From Eledone cirrhosa (Eukaryota): DNA of 64,000 nucleotides. The translations under genes and the position numbers were made by a program. The notes below the pieces were generated by a model that worked only from the letters and a program-made list of their open reading frames with translations, did not search any database and was not told the DNA's origin. How positions within the stretch are numbered: position 1 is the first letter of the stretch; each line of letters starts with the position of its first letter. The stretch spans positions 312,046,001-312,110,000 of the forward strand of contig OZ024743.1 in the NCBI GenBank assembly GCA_964016885.1, in the 5' to 3' direction. Positions 27,001 through 42,000 of this stretch are shown piece after piece.

Positions 27001-30000
27001 CTAGTCCACCCTGTAAAGTGGTCATGTTAGTTTCAGAACAAAAGAGTCTAGTCCACACTGTAAAGTGGTCATGTTGGTTTCACAACAAAAGAGTCTAGTC
27101 CACACTGTAAAGTGGTCATGTTGGTGCCACAACAAAAGAGTCTAGTCCACCCTGTAAAGTGATCACATTTGTGCCACAGCAAAAGAGTCTAGTCCACCCT
27201 GTAAAGTGATCACATTGGTGCCACAACAAAAGAATCTAGTCCACCCTGTAAAGTGGTCATGTTGGTGCCACAACAAATGAGTCTATTTCAACCTGTAAAG
27301 TGATCACGTTGGTGTCACAACAAAAGAGTCTAGTCCACCCTGTAAAGTGGTCATGTTGGTTTCACAACAGAAGAGTCTAGTCCACCCTGTAAAGTGATCA
27401 CATTGGTGCCAAAACAAAAGAGTCTAGTCCACCCTGTAAAGTGGTCATGTTGGTGCCACAACAAAAGAGTCTAGTCCACCCTGTAAAGTGGTCATGTTGG
27501 TGCCACAACATAAGAGTCTAGTCCACCCTGTAAAGTGGTCATGTTGGTGCAACAACAAAAGAGTCTAGTCCACCCTATTAAGTGGTCATGTTGGTGCCAC
27601 AACAAAATAGTCTAGTCCACCCTGTAAAGTGATCACATTTGTGCCACAGCAAAAGAGTCTAGTCCACCCTGTAAAGTGATCACATTGGTGCCACAACAAA
27701 AGAGTCTAGTCCATCCTGTAAAGTGGTCATGTTGGTGCCACAACAAAAGAGTCTAGTCCACCCTGTAAAGTGGTCTTGTTGGTATCACAACAAAAGAGTC
27801 TAGTCCACTCTGTAAAGTGGTCATGTTGGTGCCACAACAAAAGAGTCTAGTCCACCCAGTAAAGTGATCACATTGGTGTCACAACAAGAGTCTAGTCCAC
27901 CCTGAAAAGTGGTCATGTTGGTGTCACAACAAAAGAGACTAGTCCACCCTGTAAAGTGGTCATGTTGGTGTCACAACAAAAGAGTCTAGTCCATCTTGCA
28001 AAGCGGTCATGTTGGTTCCACAACAAAAGAGTCTAGTCCACCCTGTAAAGTGGTCATGTTGGTGCCACAACAAAAGAATCTAGTCCACCCTGTAAAGTGG
28101 TCATGTTGGTTTCACAACAGAAGAGTCTAGTCCACCCTGTAAAGTGATCACATTGGTGCCACAACAAAAGAGTCTAGTCCACCCTGTAAAGTGGTCATGT
28201 TGGTGCCACAACAAAAGAGTCTAGTCCACCCTGTAAAGTGGTCATGTTGGTGCCACAACAAAAGAGTCTAGTCCACCCTGTAAAGTGGTCATGTTGGTGC
28301 CACAACAAAAGAGTCTAGTCCACCCTGTAAAGTGATCACATTGGTGCCACAACAAAAGAGTCTAGTCCACCCTGTAAAGTGGTCATGTTGGTGCCACAAC
28401 AAATGAGTCTATTTCAACCTGTAAAGTGATCACGTTGGTGTCACAACAAAAGAGTCTAGTCCACCCTGTAAAGTGGTCATGTTGGTGTCACAACAAAAGA
28501 GTCTAGTCCACCCTGTAAAGTGGTCATGTTGGTGCCACAACAAAAGAGTCTAGTCCACCCTGTAAAGTGGTCATGTTGGTGTCACAACAAAAGAGTCTAG
28601 TCCACCCTGTAAAGTTGTCATGTTGGTGCCACAACAAAAGAGTCTAGTCCACCCTGTAAAGTGGTCATGTTGATGTCACAACAAAAGAGTCTAGTCCACC
28701 CTGTAAAGTGGTCATGTTGGTGCCACAACAAAAGAATCTAGTCCACCCTGTAAAGTGGTCATGTTGGTTTCACAACAGAAGAGTCTAGTCCACCCTGTAA
28801 AGTGATCACATTGGTGCCACAACAAAAGAGTCTAGTCCACCCTGTAAAGTGGTCATGTTGGTGCCACAACAGAAGAGTCTAGTCCACCCTGTAAAGTGGT
28901 CATGTTGGTGCCACAACAAAAGAGTCTAGTCCACCCTGTAAAGGGGTCATGTTGGTGCCACAACAAAAGAGTCTAGTCCACCCTGTAAAGTGGTCATGTT
29001 GGTGTCACAACAAAAGAGTCTAGTCCACCCTGTAAAGTGGTAATGTTGGTGTCACAACAAAAGACTCTAGTCCACCCTGTAAAGTGATCACATTGGTGCC
29101 ACAACAAAAGAGTCTAGTCCACCCTGTAAAGTGGTCATGTTGGTGCCACAACATAAGAGTCTAGTCCACCCTGTAAAGTGGTCATGTTGGTGCAACAACA
29201 AAAGAATCTAGTCCACCCTGTAAAGTGGTCATGTTAGTTTCACAACAAAAGAGTCTAGTCCACACTGTAAAGTGGTCATGTTGGTGCCACAACAAAAGAG
29301 TCTAGTCCACCCTATAAAGTGGTCATGTTGGTGCCACAACAAAATAGTCTAGTCCACCCTGTAAAGTGATCACATTGGTCCCACAACAAAAGAGTCTAGT
29401 CCATCCTGTAAAGTGGTCATGCTGGTGCCACAACAAAAGAATCTAGTCCACCCTGTAAAGTGGTCATGTTGGTTTCACAACAAAATAGTCTAGTCCACCC
29501 TGTAAGGTGATCACGTTGGTGCCACAACAAAAGAGTCTAGTCCACCCTGTAAAGTGGTCATGCTGGTGCCACAACAAAAGAATCTAGTCCACCCTGTAAA
29601 GTGGTCATGTTGGTTTCACAACAAAATAGTCTAGTCCACCCTGTAAAGTGATCACGTTGGTGCCACAACAAAAGAGTCTAGTCCACCCTGTAAAGTGGTC
29701 ATGTTGGTGCCACAACAAAAGAATCTAGTCCACCCTGTAAAGTGGTCATGTTGGTGCCACAACAAAAGAGTCTAGTCCACCCTGTAAAGTGGTCATGTTG
29801 GTGCCACAACAAAAGAGTCTAGTCCACCCTGTAAAGTGGTCATGTTGGTGCCACAACAAAAGAGTCTAGTCCACCCTGTAAAGTGATCACATTGGTGCCA
29901 CAACAAAAGAGTCTAGTCCACCCTGTAAAGTGGTCATGTTGGTGCCACAACAAATGAGTCTATTTCAACCTGTAAAGTGATCACGTTGGTGTCACAACAA

Positions 30001-33000
30001 AAGAGTCTAGTCCACCCTGTAAAGTGGTCATGTTGGTGTCACAACAAAAGAGTCTAGTCCACCCTGTAAAGTGGTCATGTTGGTGCCACAACAAAAGAAT
30101 CTAGTCCACCCTGTAAAGTGGTCATGTTGGTGTCACAACAAAAGAGTCTAGTCCACCCTGTAAAGTTGTCATGTTGGTGCCACAACAAAAGAGTCTAGTC
30201 CACCCTGTAAAGTGGTCATGTTGATGTCACAACAAAAGAGTCTAGTCCACCCTGTAAAGTGGTCATGTTGGTGCCACAACAAAAGAATCTAGTCCACCCT
30301 GTAAAGTGGTCATGTTGGTTTCACAACAGAAGAGTCTAGTCCACCCTGTAAAGTGATCACATTGGTGCCACAACAAAAGAGTCTAGTCCACCCTGTAAAG
30401 TGGTCATGTTGGTGCCACAACAGAAGAGTCTAGTCCACCCTGTAAAGTGGTCATGTTGGTGCCACAACAAAAGAGTCTAGTCCACCCTGTAAAGGGGTCA
30501 TGTTGGTGCCACAACAAAAGAGTCTAGTCCACCCTGTAAAGTGGTAATGTTGGTGTCACAACAAAAGACTCTAGTCCACCCTGTAAAGTGATCACATTGG
30601 TGCCACAACAAAAGAGTCTAGTCCACCCTGTAAAGTGGTCATGTTGGTGCCACAACATAAGAGTCTAGTCCACCCTGTAAAGTGGTCATGTTGGTGCCAC
30701 AACAAAAGAATCTAGTCCACCCTGTAAAGTGGTCATGTTAGTTTCACAACAAAAGAGTCTAGTCCACACTGTAAAGTGGTCATGTTGGTGCCACAACAAA
30801 AGAGTCTAGTCCACCCTATAAAGTGGTCATGTTGGTGCCACAACAAAATAGTCTAGTCCACCCTGTAAAGTGATCACATTGGTCCCACAACAAAAGAGTC
30901 TAGTCCATCCTGTAAAGTGGTCATGCTGGTGCCACAACAAAAGAATCTAGTCCACCCTGTAAAGTGGTCATGTTGGTTTCACAACAAAATAGTCTAGTCC
31001 ACCCTGTAAAGTGATCACGTTGGTTCCACAACAAAAGAGTCTAGTCCACCCTGTAAAGTGGTCATGCTGGTGCCACAACAAAAGAATCTAGTCCACCCTG
31101 TAAAGTGGTCATGTTGGTTTCACAACAAAATAGTCTAGTCCACCCTGTAAAGTGATCACGTTGGTGCCACAACAAAAGAGTCTAGTCCACCCTGTAAAGT
31201 GGTCATGTTGGTGCCACAACAAAAGAGTCTAGTCCACCCTGTAAAGTGGTCATGTTGGTGTCACAACAAAAGAGTCTAGTCCACCCTGTAAAGTTGTCAT
31301 GTTGGTGCCACAACAAAAGAGTCTAGTCCACCCTGTAAAGTGGTCATGTTGATGTCACAACAAAAGAGTCTAGTCCACCCTGTAAAGTGGTCATGTTGGT
31401 GCCACAACAAAAGAATCTAGTCCACCCTGTAAAGTGGTCATGTTGGTTTCACAACAGAAGAGTCTAGTCCACCCTGTAAAGTGATCACATTGGTGCCACA
31501 ACAAAAGAGTCTAGTCCACCCTGTAAAGTGGTCATGTTGGTGCCACAACAGAAGAGTCTAGTCCACCCTGTAAAGTGGTCATGTTGGTGCCACAACAAAA
31601 GAGTCTAGTCCACCCTGTAAAGGGGTCATGTTGGTGCCACAACAAAAGAGTCTAGTCCACCCTGTAAAGTGGTCATGTTGGTGTCACAACAAAAGAGTCT
31701 AGTCCACCCTGTAAAGTGGTAATGTTGGTGTCACAACAAAAGACTCTAGTCCACCCTGTAAAGTGATCACATTGGTGCCACAACAAAAGAGTCTAGTCCA
31801 CCCTGTAAAGTGGTCATGTTGGTGCCACAACATAAGAGTCTAGTCCACCCTGTAAAGTGGTCATGTTGGTGCAACAACAAAAGAATCTAGTCCACCCTGT
31901 AAAGTGGTCATGTTAGTTTCACAACAAAAGAGTCTAGTCCACACTGTAAAGTGGTCATGTTGGTGCCACAACAAAAGAGTCTAGTCCACCCTATAAAGTG
32001 GTCATGTTGGTGCCACAACAAAATAGTCTAGTCCACCCTGTAAAGTGATCACATTGGTCCCACAACAAAAGAGTCTAGTCCATCCTGTAAAGTGGTCATG
32101 CTGGTGCCACAACAAAAGAATCTAGTCCACCCTGTAAAGTGGTCATGTTGGTTTCACAACAAAATAGTCTAGTCCACCCTGTAAGGTGATCACGTTGGTG
32201 CCACAACAAAAGAGTCTAGTCCACCCTGTAAAGTGGTCATGCTGGTGCCACAACAAAAGAATCTAGTCCACCCTGTAAAGTGGTCATGTTGGTTTCACAA
32301 CAAAATAGTCTAGTCCACCCTGTAAAGTGATCACGTTGGTGCCACAACAAAAGAGTCTAGTCCACCCTGTAAAGTGGTCATGTTGGTGCCACAACAAAAG
32401 AATCTAGTCCACCCTGTAAAGTGGTCATGTTGGTGCCACAACAAAAGAGTCTAGTCCACCCTGTAAAGTGGTCATGTTGGTGCCACAACAAAAGAGTCTA
32501 GTCCACCCTGTAAAGTGGTCATGTTGGTGCCACAACAAAAGAGTCTAGTCCACCCTGTAAAGTGATCACATTGGTGCCACAACAAAAGAGTCTAGTCCAC
32601 CCTGTAAAGTGGTCATGTTGGTGCCACAACAAATGAGTCTATTTCAACCTGTAAAGTGATCACGTTGGTGTCACAACAAAAGAGTCTAGTCCACCCTGTA
32701 AAGTGGTCATGTTGGTGTCACAACAAAAGAGTCTAGTCCACCCTGTAAAGTGGTCATGTTGGTGCCACAACAAAAGAATCTAGTCCACCCTGTAAAGTGG
32801 TCATGTTGGTGTCACAACAAAAGAGTCTAGTCCACCCTGTAAAGTTGTCATGTTGGTGCCACAACAAAAGAGTCTAGTCCACCCTGTAAAGTGGTCATGT
32901 TGATGTCACAACAAAAGAGTCTAGTCCACCCTGTAAAGTGGTCATGTTGGTGCCACAACAAAAGAATCTAGTCCACCCTGTAAAGTGGTCATGTTGGTTT

Positions 33001-36000
33001 CACAACAGAAGAGTCTAGTCCACCCTGTAAAGTGATCACATTGGTGCCACAACAAAAGAGTCTAGTCCACCCTGTAAAGTGGTCATGTTGGTGCCACAAC
33101 AGAAGAGTCTAGTCCACCCTGTAAAGTGGTCATGTTGGTGCCACAACAAAAGAGTCTAGTCCACCCTGTAAAGGGGTCATGTTGGTGCCACAACAAAAGA
33201 GTCTAGTCCACCCTGTAAAGTGGTAATGTTGGTGTCACAACAAAAGACTCTAGTCCACCCTGTAAAGTGATCACATTGGTGCCACAACAAAAGAGTCTAG
33301 TCCACCCTGTAAAGTGGTCATGTTGGTGCCACAACATAAGAGTCTAGTCCACCCTGTAAAGTGGTCATGTTGGTGCCACAACAAAAGAATCTAGTCCACC
33401 CTGTAAAGTGGTCATGTTAGTTTCACAACAAAAGAGTCTAGTCCACACTGTAAAGTGGTCATGTTGGTGCCACAACAAAAGAGTCTAGTCCACCCTATAA
33501 AGTGGTCATGTTGGTGCCACAACAAAATAGTCTAGTCCACCCTGTAAAGTGATCACATTGGTCCCACAACAAAAGAGTCTAGTCCATCCTGTAAAGTGGT
33601 CATGCTGGTGCCACAACAAAAGAATCTAGTCCACCCTGTAAAGTGGTCATGTTGGTTTCACAACAAAATAGTCTAGTCCACCCTGTAAAGTGATCACGTT
33701 GGTGCCACAACAAAAGAGTCTAGTCCACCCTGTAAAGTGGTCATGCTGGTGCCACAACAAAAGAATCTAGTCCACCCTGTAAAGTGGTCATGTTGGTTTC
33801 ACAACAAAATAGTCTAGTCCACCCTGTAAAGTGATCACGTTGGTGCCACAACAAAAGAGTCTAGTCCACCCTGTAAAGTGGTCATGTTGGTGCCACAACA
33901 AAAGAATCTAGTCCACCCTGTAAAGTGGTCATGTTGGTGCCACAACAAAAGAGTCTAGTCCACCCTGTAAAGTGGTCATGTTGGTGCCACAACAAAAGTG
34001 TCTAGTCCACCCTGTAAAGTGGTCATGTTGGTGCCACAACAAAAGAGTCTAGTCCACCCTGTAAAGTGATCACATTTGTGCCACAGCAAAAGAGTCTAGT
34101 CCACCCTGTAAAGTGATCACGTTGGTGCCACAACAAAAGAATCTAGTCCACCCTGTAAAGTGGTCATATTGGTGCCACAACAAATGAGTCTATTTCAACC
34201 TGTAAAGTGATCACGTTGGTATCACAACAAAAGAGTCTAGTCCACCCTGTAAAGTGGTCATGTTGGTGTAACAAGAAAAGAGTCTAGTCCACCCTGTAAA
34301 GTGGTCATGTTGGTACCACAACAAAAGAGTCTAGTCCACCATGTAAAGTAGTCATGTTGGTGCTACAACAAAAGACTCTAGTCCACCCTGTAAAGTGATC
34401 ACATTGGTGCCACAAAAAAAGAGTCTAGTCCACCCTGTAAAGTGGTCATGTTGGTACCACAACAGAAGAGTCTAGTCCACCCTGTAAAGTGATCACATTG
34501 GTGCCACAACAAAAGAGTCTAGTCCACCCTGTAAAGTGGTCATGTTGGTGCCACAACAAAAGAGTCTAGTCCACCCTGTAAAGTGGTCATGTTGGTGCCA
34601 CAACAAAAGAGTTTAGTCCACCCTGTAAAGGGGTCATGTTGGTGCCACAACAAAAGAGTCTAGTCCACCCTGTAAAGTGGTCATGTTGGTGTCACAACAA
34701 AAGAGTCTAGTCCACCCTGTAAAGTGGTAATGTTGGTGTCACAACAAAAGACTCTAGTCCACCCTGTAAAGTGATCACATTGGTGCCACAACAAAAGAGT
34801 CTAGTCCACCCTGTAAAGTGGTCATGTTGGTGCCACAACATAAGAGTCTAGTCCACCCTGTAAAGTGGTCATGTTGGTGCAACAACAAAAGAATCTAGTC
34901 CACCCTGTAAAGTGGTCATGTTAGTTTCAGAACAAAAGAGTCTAGTCCACACTGTAAAGTGGTCATGTTGGTTTCACAACAAAAGAGTCTAGTCCACACT
35001 GTAAAGTGGTCATGTTGGTGCCACAACAAAAGAGTCTAGTCCACCCTGTAAAGTGATCACATTTGTGCCACAGCAAAAGAGTCTAGTCCACCCTGTAAAG
35101 TGATCACATTGGTGCCACAACAAAAGAATCTAGTCCACCCTGTAAAGTGGTCATGTTGGTGCCACAACAAATGAGTCTATTTCAACCTGTAAAGTGATCA
35201 CGTTGGTGTCACAACAAAAGAGTCTAGTCCACCCTGTAAAGTGGTCATGTTGGTTTCACAACAGAAGAGTCTAGTCCACCCTGTAAAGTGATCACATTGG
35301 TGCCAAAACAAAAGAGTCTAGTCCACCCTGTAAAGTGGTCATGTTGGTGCCACAACAAAAGAGTCTAGTCCACCCTGTAAAGTGGTCATGTTGGTGCCAC
35401 AACATAAGAGTCTAGTCCACCCTGTAAAGTGGTCACATTTGTGCCACAGCAAAAGAGTCTAGTCCACCCTGTAAAGTGATCACATTGGTGCCACAACAAA
35501 AGAGTCTAGTCCATCCTGTAAAGTGGTCATGTTGGTGCCACAACAAAAGAGTCTAGTCCACCCTGTAAAGTGGTCTTGTTGGTATCACAACAAAAGAGTC
35601 TAGTCCACTCTGTAAAGTGGTCATGTTGGTGCCACAACAAAAGAGTCTAGTCCACCCAGTAAAGTGATCACATTGGTGTCACAACAAGAGTCTAGTCCAC
35701 CCTGAAAAGTGGTCATGTTGGTGTCACAACAAAAGAGACTAGTCCACCCTGTAAAGTGGTCATGTTGGTGTCACAACAAAAGAGTCTAGTCCATCTTGCA
35801 AAGCGGTCATGTTGGTTCCACAACAAAAGAGTCTAGTCCACCCTGTAAAGTGGTCATGTTGGTGCCACAACAAAAGAATCTAGTCCACCCTGTAAAGTGG
35901 TCATGTTGGTTTCACAACAGAAGAGTCTAGTCCACCCTGTAAAGTGATCACATTGGTGCCACAACAAAAGAGTCTAGTCCACCCTGTAAAGTGGTCATGT

Positions 36001-39000
36001 TGGTGCCACAACAAAAGAGTCTAGTCCACCCTGTAAAGTGGTCATGTTGGTGCCACAACATAAGAGTCTAGTCCACCCTGTAAAGTGGTCATGTTGGTGC
36101 AACAACAAAAGAGTCTAGTCCACCCTATTAAGTGGTCATGTTGGTGCCACAACAAAATAGTCTAGTCCACCCTGTAAAGTGATCACATTTGTGCCACAGC
36201 AAAAGAGTCTAGTCCACCCTGTAAAGTGATCACATTGGTGCCACAACAAAAGAGTCTAGTCCATCCTGTAAAGTGGTCATGTTGGTGCCACAACAAAAGA
36301 GTCTAGTCCACCCTGTAAAGTGGTCTTGTTGGTATCACAACAAAAGAGTCTAGTCCACTCTGTAAAGTGGTCATGTTGGTGCCACAACAAAAGAGTCTAG
36401 TCCACCCAGTAAAGTGATCACATTGGTGTCACAACAAGAGTCTAGTCCACCCTGTAAAATGGTCATGTTGGTGTCACAACAAAAGAGACTAGTCCACCCT
36501 GTAAAGTGGTCATGTTGGTGCAACAACAAAAGAGTCTCGTCCACCCTGTAAAGTGGTCATGTTGGTGCCACAACAAAAGAATCTAGTCCACCCTGTAAAG
36601 TGGTCATGTTGGTGCCACAACAAAAGAGTCTAGTCCACCCTGTAAAGTGGTCATGTTGGTGCCACAACAAAAGAATCTAGTCCACCCTGTAAAGTGGTCA
36701 TTTTGGTGCCACAACAAAAGAGTCTAGTCCACCCTGTAAAGTGGTCATGTTGGTGCCCCAACAAAAGAGTCTAGTCCACCCTGTAAAGTGGTCATGTTGG
36801 TGCCACAACAAAAGAGTCTAGTCCACCCTGTAAAGTGATCACATTTGTGCCACAGCAAAAGAGTCTAGTCCACCCTGTAAAGTGATCACGTTGGTCCTAC
36901 AACAAAAGAGTCTAGTCCACCCTGTAAAGTGGTCATGTTGGTTCCACAACAAATGAGTCTATTTCAACCTGTAAAGTGATCACATTGGTGTCACAACAAA
37001 AGAGTCTAGTCCACCCTGTAAAGTGGTCGTGTTGGTGTCACAACAAAAGAGTCTAGTCCACCCTGTAAAGTGGTCATGTTGGTGCCACAACAAAAGAGTC
37101 TAGTCCACCCTGTAAAGTGGTCATGTTGGTGCCACAACAAAAGAGTCTAGTCCACCCTGTAAAGTGGTCATGTTGGTGCCACAACAAAAGAGACTAGTCC
37201 ACCCTGAAAAGTGGTCATGTTGGTGTCACAACAAAAGAGTCTAGTCCACCCTGTAAAGTGGTAACGTTGGTGTCACAACAAAAGTCTGTAGTCCACCCTG
37301 TAAAGTGATCACATTGGTGCCACAACAAAAGAGTCTAGTCCACCCTGTAAAGTGGTCATGTTGGGGCCACAACAAAAGAGTCTTGTGCACCCTGTAAAGT
37401 GGTCATGTTGGTGACACAACAAAAGAGTCTAGTCCACCCTGTAAAGTAGTCATGTTGGTGCCACAACAAAAGAGTCTATTTCACCCTGTAAAGTGGTCAT
37501 GTTGGTGCCACAACAAAAGAGTCTAGTCCACCCTGTAAATTGGTCATGTTGGTGTCACAACAAAAGAGTCTAGTCCACCCTGTAAAGTTGTCATGTTGGT
37601 GCCACAACAAAAGAGTCTAGTCCACCCTGTAAAGTGGTCATGTTGATGTCACAACAAAAGAGTCTAGTCCACCCTGTAAAGTGGTCATGTTGGTGCCACA
37701 ACAAAAGAATCTAGTCCACCCTGTAAAGTGGTCATGTTGGTTTCACAACAGAAGAGTCTAGTCCACCCTGTAAAGTGATCACATTGGTGCCACAACAAAA
37801 GAGTCTAGTCCACCCTGTAAAGTGGTCATGTTGGTGCCACAACAAAAGAGTCTAGTCCACCCTGTAAAGTGGTCATGTTGGTTCCACAACAAAAGAGTCT
37901 AGTCCACCCTGTAAAGGGGTCATGTTGGTGCCACAACAAAAGAGTCTAGTCCACCCTGTAAAGTGGTCATGTTGGTGTCACAACAAAAGAGTCTAGTCCA
38001 CCCTGTAAAGTGGTAATGTTGGTGTCACAACAAAAGACTCTAGTCCACCCTGTAAAGTGATCACATTGGTGCCACAACAAAAGAGTCTAGTCCACCCTGT
38101 AAAGTGGTCATGTTGGTGCCACAACATAAGAGTCTAGTCCACCCTGTAAAGTGGTCATGTTGGTGCAACAACAAAAGAATCTAGTCCACCCTGTAAAGTG
38201 GTCATGTTAGTTTCACAACAAAAGAGTCTAGTCCACACTGTAAAGTGGTCATGTTGGTGCCACAACAAAAGAGTCTAGTCCACCCTATAAAGTGGTCATG
38301 TTGGTGCCACAACAAAATAGTTTAGTCCACCCTGTAAAGTGATCACATTTGTGCCACAGAAAAAGAGTCTAGTCCACCCTGTAAAGTGATCACATTCGTG
38401 CCACAACAAAAGAGTCTAGTCCATCCTGTAAAGTGGTCATGTTGGTGCCACAACAAAAGAGTCTAGTCCACCCTGTAAAGTGGTCTTGTTTGTATCACAA
38501 CAAAAGAGTCTAGTCCACCCTGTAAAGTGGTCATGTTGGTGCCACAACAAAAGAGTCTAGTCCACCCTGTAAAGTGGTCATGTTGGTACCACAACAAAAT
38601 AGTTTAGTCCACCCTGTAAAGTGATCACATTTGTGCCACAGAAAAAGAGTCTAGTCCACCCTGTAAAGTGATCACATTCGTGCCACAACAAAAGAGTCTA
38701 GTCCATCCTGTAAAGTGGTCATGTTGGTGCCACAACAAAAGAGTCTAGTCCACCCTGTAAAGTGGTCTTGTTTGTATCACAACAAAAGAGTCTAGTCCAC
38801 CCTGTAAAGTGGTCATGTTGGTGTCACAACAAAAGAGTCTAGTCCACCCTGTAAAGTGGTCATGTTGGTGCCACAACAAAAGAGTCTAGTCCACCCAGTA
38901 AAGTGATCACATTGGTGTCACAACAAAAGAGTCTAGTCCAACCTGTAAAGTGGTCATGTTGGTGTCACAACAAAAGAGTCTAGTCCACTCTGTAAATTGG

Positions 39001-42000
39001 TCATGTTGGTGCAACAACAAAAGAGTCTAGTCCACCCTGTAAAGTGGTCATGCTGGTGCCACAACAAAAGAATCTAGTCCACCCTGTAAAGTGGTCATGT
39101 TGGTTTCACAACAAAATAGTCTAGTCCACCCTGTAAAGTGATCACATTGGTGCCACAACAAAAGAGTCTAGTCCACCCTGTAAAGTGGTCATGTTGGTGC
39201 CACAACAAAAGAATCTAGTCCACCCTGTAAAGTGGTCATGTGTGTGCCACAACAAAAGAGTCTAGTCCACCCTGTAAAGTGGTCATGTTGGTGCCACAAC
39301 AAAAGAGTCTAGTCCACCCTGTAAAGTGGTCATGTTGGTGCCACAACAAAAGAGTCTAGTCCACCCTGTAAAGTGATCACATTTGTGCCACAGCAAAAGA
39401 GTCTAGTCCACCCTGTAAAGTGATCACATTGGTGCCACAACAAAAGAATCTAGTCCACCCTGTAAAGTGGTCATATTGGTGCCACAACAAATGAGTCTAT
39501 TTCAACCTGTAAAGTGATCACATTGGTGCCACAACAAAAGAGTCTAGTCCACCCTGTAAAGTGGTCATGTTGGTGTCACAAGAAAAGAGTCTAGTCCACC
39601 CTGTAAAGTGGTCATGTTGGTTCCACAGCAAAAGAGTCTAGTCCACCCTGTAAAGTGGTCATGTTGGTTTCACAACAGAAGAGTCTAGTCCACACTGTAA
39701 AGTGATCACATTGGTGCCACAACAAAAGAGTCTAGTCCACCCTTTAAAGTGGTCATGTTGGTGCTACAACAAAAGAGTCTAGTCCACCCTGTAAAGTGGT
39801 CATGTTAGTTTCACAACAAAAGAGTCTAGTCCACACTGTAAAGTGGTCATGTTGGTGCCACAACAAAAGAGTCTAGTCCACCCTATAAAGTGGTCATGTT
39901 GGTGCCACAACAAAATAGTTTAGTCCACCCTGTAAAGTGATCACATTTGTGCCACAGAAAAAGAGTCTAGTCCACCCTGTAAAGTGATCACATTCGTGCC
40001 ACAACAAAAGAGTCTAGTCCATCCTGTAAAGTGGTCATGTTGGTGCCACAACAAAAGAGTCTAGTCCACCCTGTAAAGTGGTCTTGTTTGTATCACAACA
40101 AAAGAGTCTAGTCCACCCTGTAAAGTGGTCATGTTGGTGCCACAACAAAAGAGTCTAGTCCACCCTGTAAAGTGGTCATGTTGGTACCACAACAAAATAG
40201 TTTAGTCCACCCTGTAAAGTGATCACATTTGTGCCACAGAAAAAGAGTCTAGTCCACCCTGTAAAGTGATCACATTCGTGCCACAACAAAAGAGTCTAGT
40301 CCATCCTGTAAAGTGGTCATGTTGGTGCCACAACAAAAGAGTCTAGTCCACCCTGTAAAGTGGTCTTGTTTGTATCACAACAAAAGAGTCTAGTCCACCC
40401 TGTAAAGTGGTCATGTTGGTGTCACAACAAAAGAGTCTAGTCCACCCTGTAAAGTGGTCATGTTGGTGCCACAACAAAAGAGTCTAGTCCACCCAGTAAA
40501 GTGATCACATTGGTGTCACAACAAAAGAGTCTAGTCCAACCTGTAAAGTGGTCATGTTGGTGTCACAACAAAAGAGTCTAGTCCACTCTGTAAATTGGTC
40601 ATGTTGGTGCAACAACAAAAGAGTCTAGTCCACCCTGTAAAGTGGTCATGCTGGTGCCACAACAAAAGAATCTAGTCCACCCTGTAAAGTGGTCATGTTG
40701 GTTTCACAACAAAATAGTCTAGTCCACCCTGTAAAGTGATCACATTGGTGCCACAACAAAAGAGTCTAGTCCACCCTGTAAAGTGGTCATGTTGGTGCCA
40801 CAACAAAAGAATCTAGTCCACCCTGTAAAGTGGTCATGTGTGTGCCACAACAAAAGAGTCTAGTCCACCCTGTAAAGTGGTCATGTTGGTGCCACAACAA
40901 AAGAGTCTAGTCCACCCTGTAAAGTGGTCATGTTGGTGCCACAACAAAAGAGTCTAGTCCACCCTGTAAAGTGATCACATTTGTGCCACAGCAAAAGAGT
41001 CTAGTCCACCCTGTAAAGTGATCACATTGGTGCCACAACAAAAGAATCTAGTCCACCCTGTAAAGTGGTCATATTGGTGCCACAACAAATGAGTCTATTT
41101 CAACCTGTAAAGTGATCACATTGGTGCCACAACAAAAGAGTCTAGTCCACCCTGTAAAGTGGTCATGTTGGTGTCACAAGAAAAGAGTCTAGTCCACCCT
41201 GTAAAGTGGTCATGTTGGTTCCACAGCAAAAGAGTCTAGTCCACCCTGTAAAGTGGTCATGTTGGTTTCACAACAGAAGAGTCTAGTCCACACTGTAAAG
41301 TGATCACATTGGTGCCACAACAAAAGAGTCTAGTCCACCCTTTAAAGTGGTCATGTTGGTGCTACAACAAAAGAGTCTAGTCCACCCTGTAAAGTGGTCA
41401 GGTTGGTGCCACAACAAAAGAGTCTAGTCCACCCTGTAAAGGGGTCATGTTGGTGCCACAACAAAAGAGTCTAGTCCACCCTGTAAAGTGGTCATGTTGG
41501 TGTCACAACAAAAGAGTCTAGTCCACCCTGTAAAGTGGTAATGTTGGTGTCACAACAAAAGACTCTAGTCCACCCTGTAAAGTGATCACATTGGTGCCAC
41601 AACAAAAGAGTCTAGTCCACCCTGTAAAGTGGTCATGTTGGTGCCACAACATAAGAGTCTAGTCCACCCTGTAAAGTGGTCATGTTGGTGCAACAACAAA
41701 AGAATCTAGTCCACCCTGTAAAGTGGTCATGTTAGTTTCACAACAAAAGAGTCTAGTCCACACTGTAAAGTGGTCATGTTGGTGCCACAACAAAAGAGTC
41801 TAGTCCACCCTATAAAGTGGTCATGTTGGTGCCACAACAAAATAGTCTAGTCCACCCTGTAAAGTGATCACATTTGTGCCACAACAAAAGAGTCTAGTCT
41901 ACCCTGTAAAGTGATCACATTGGTGCCACAACAAAAGAGTCTAGTCCATCCTGTAAAGTGGTCATGCTGGTGCCACAACAAAAGAGTCTAGTCCACCCTG

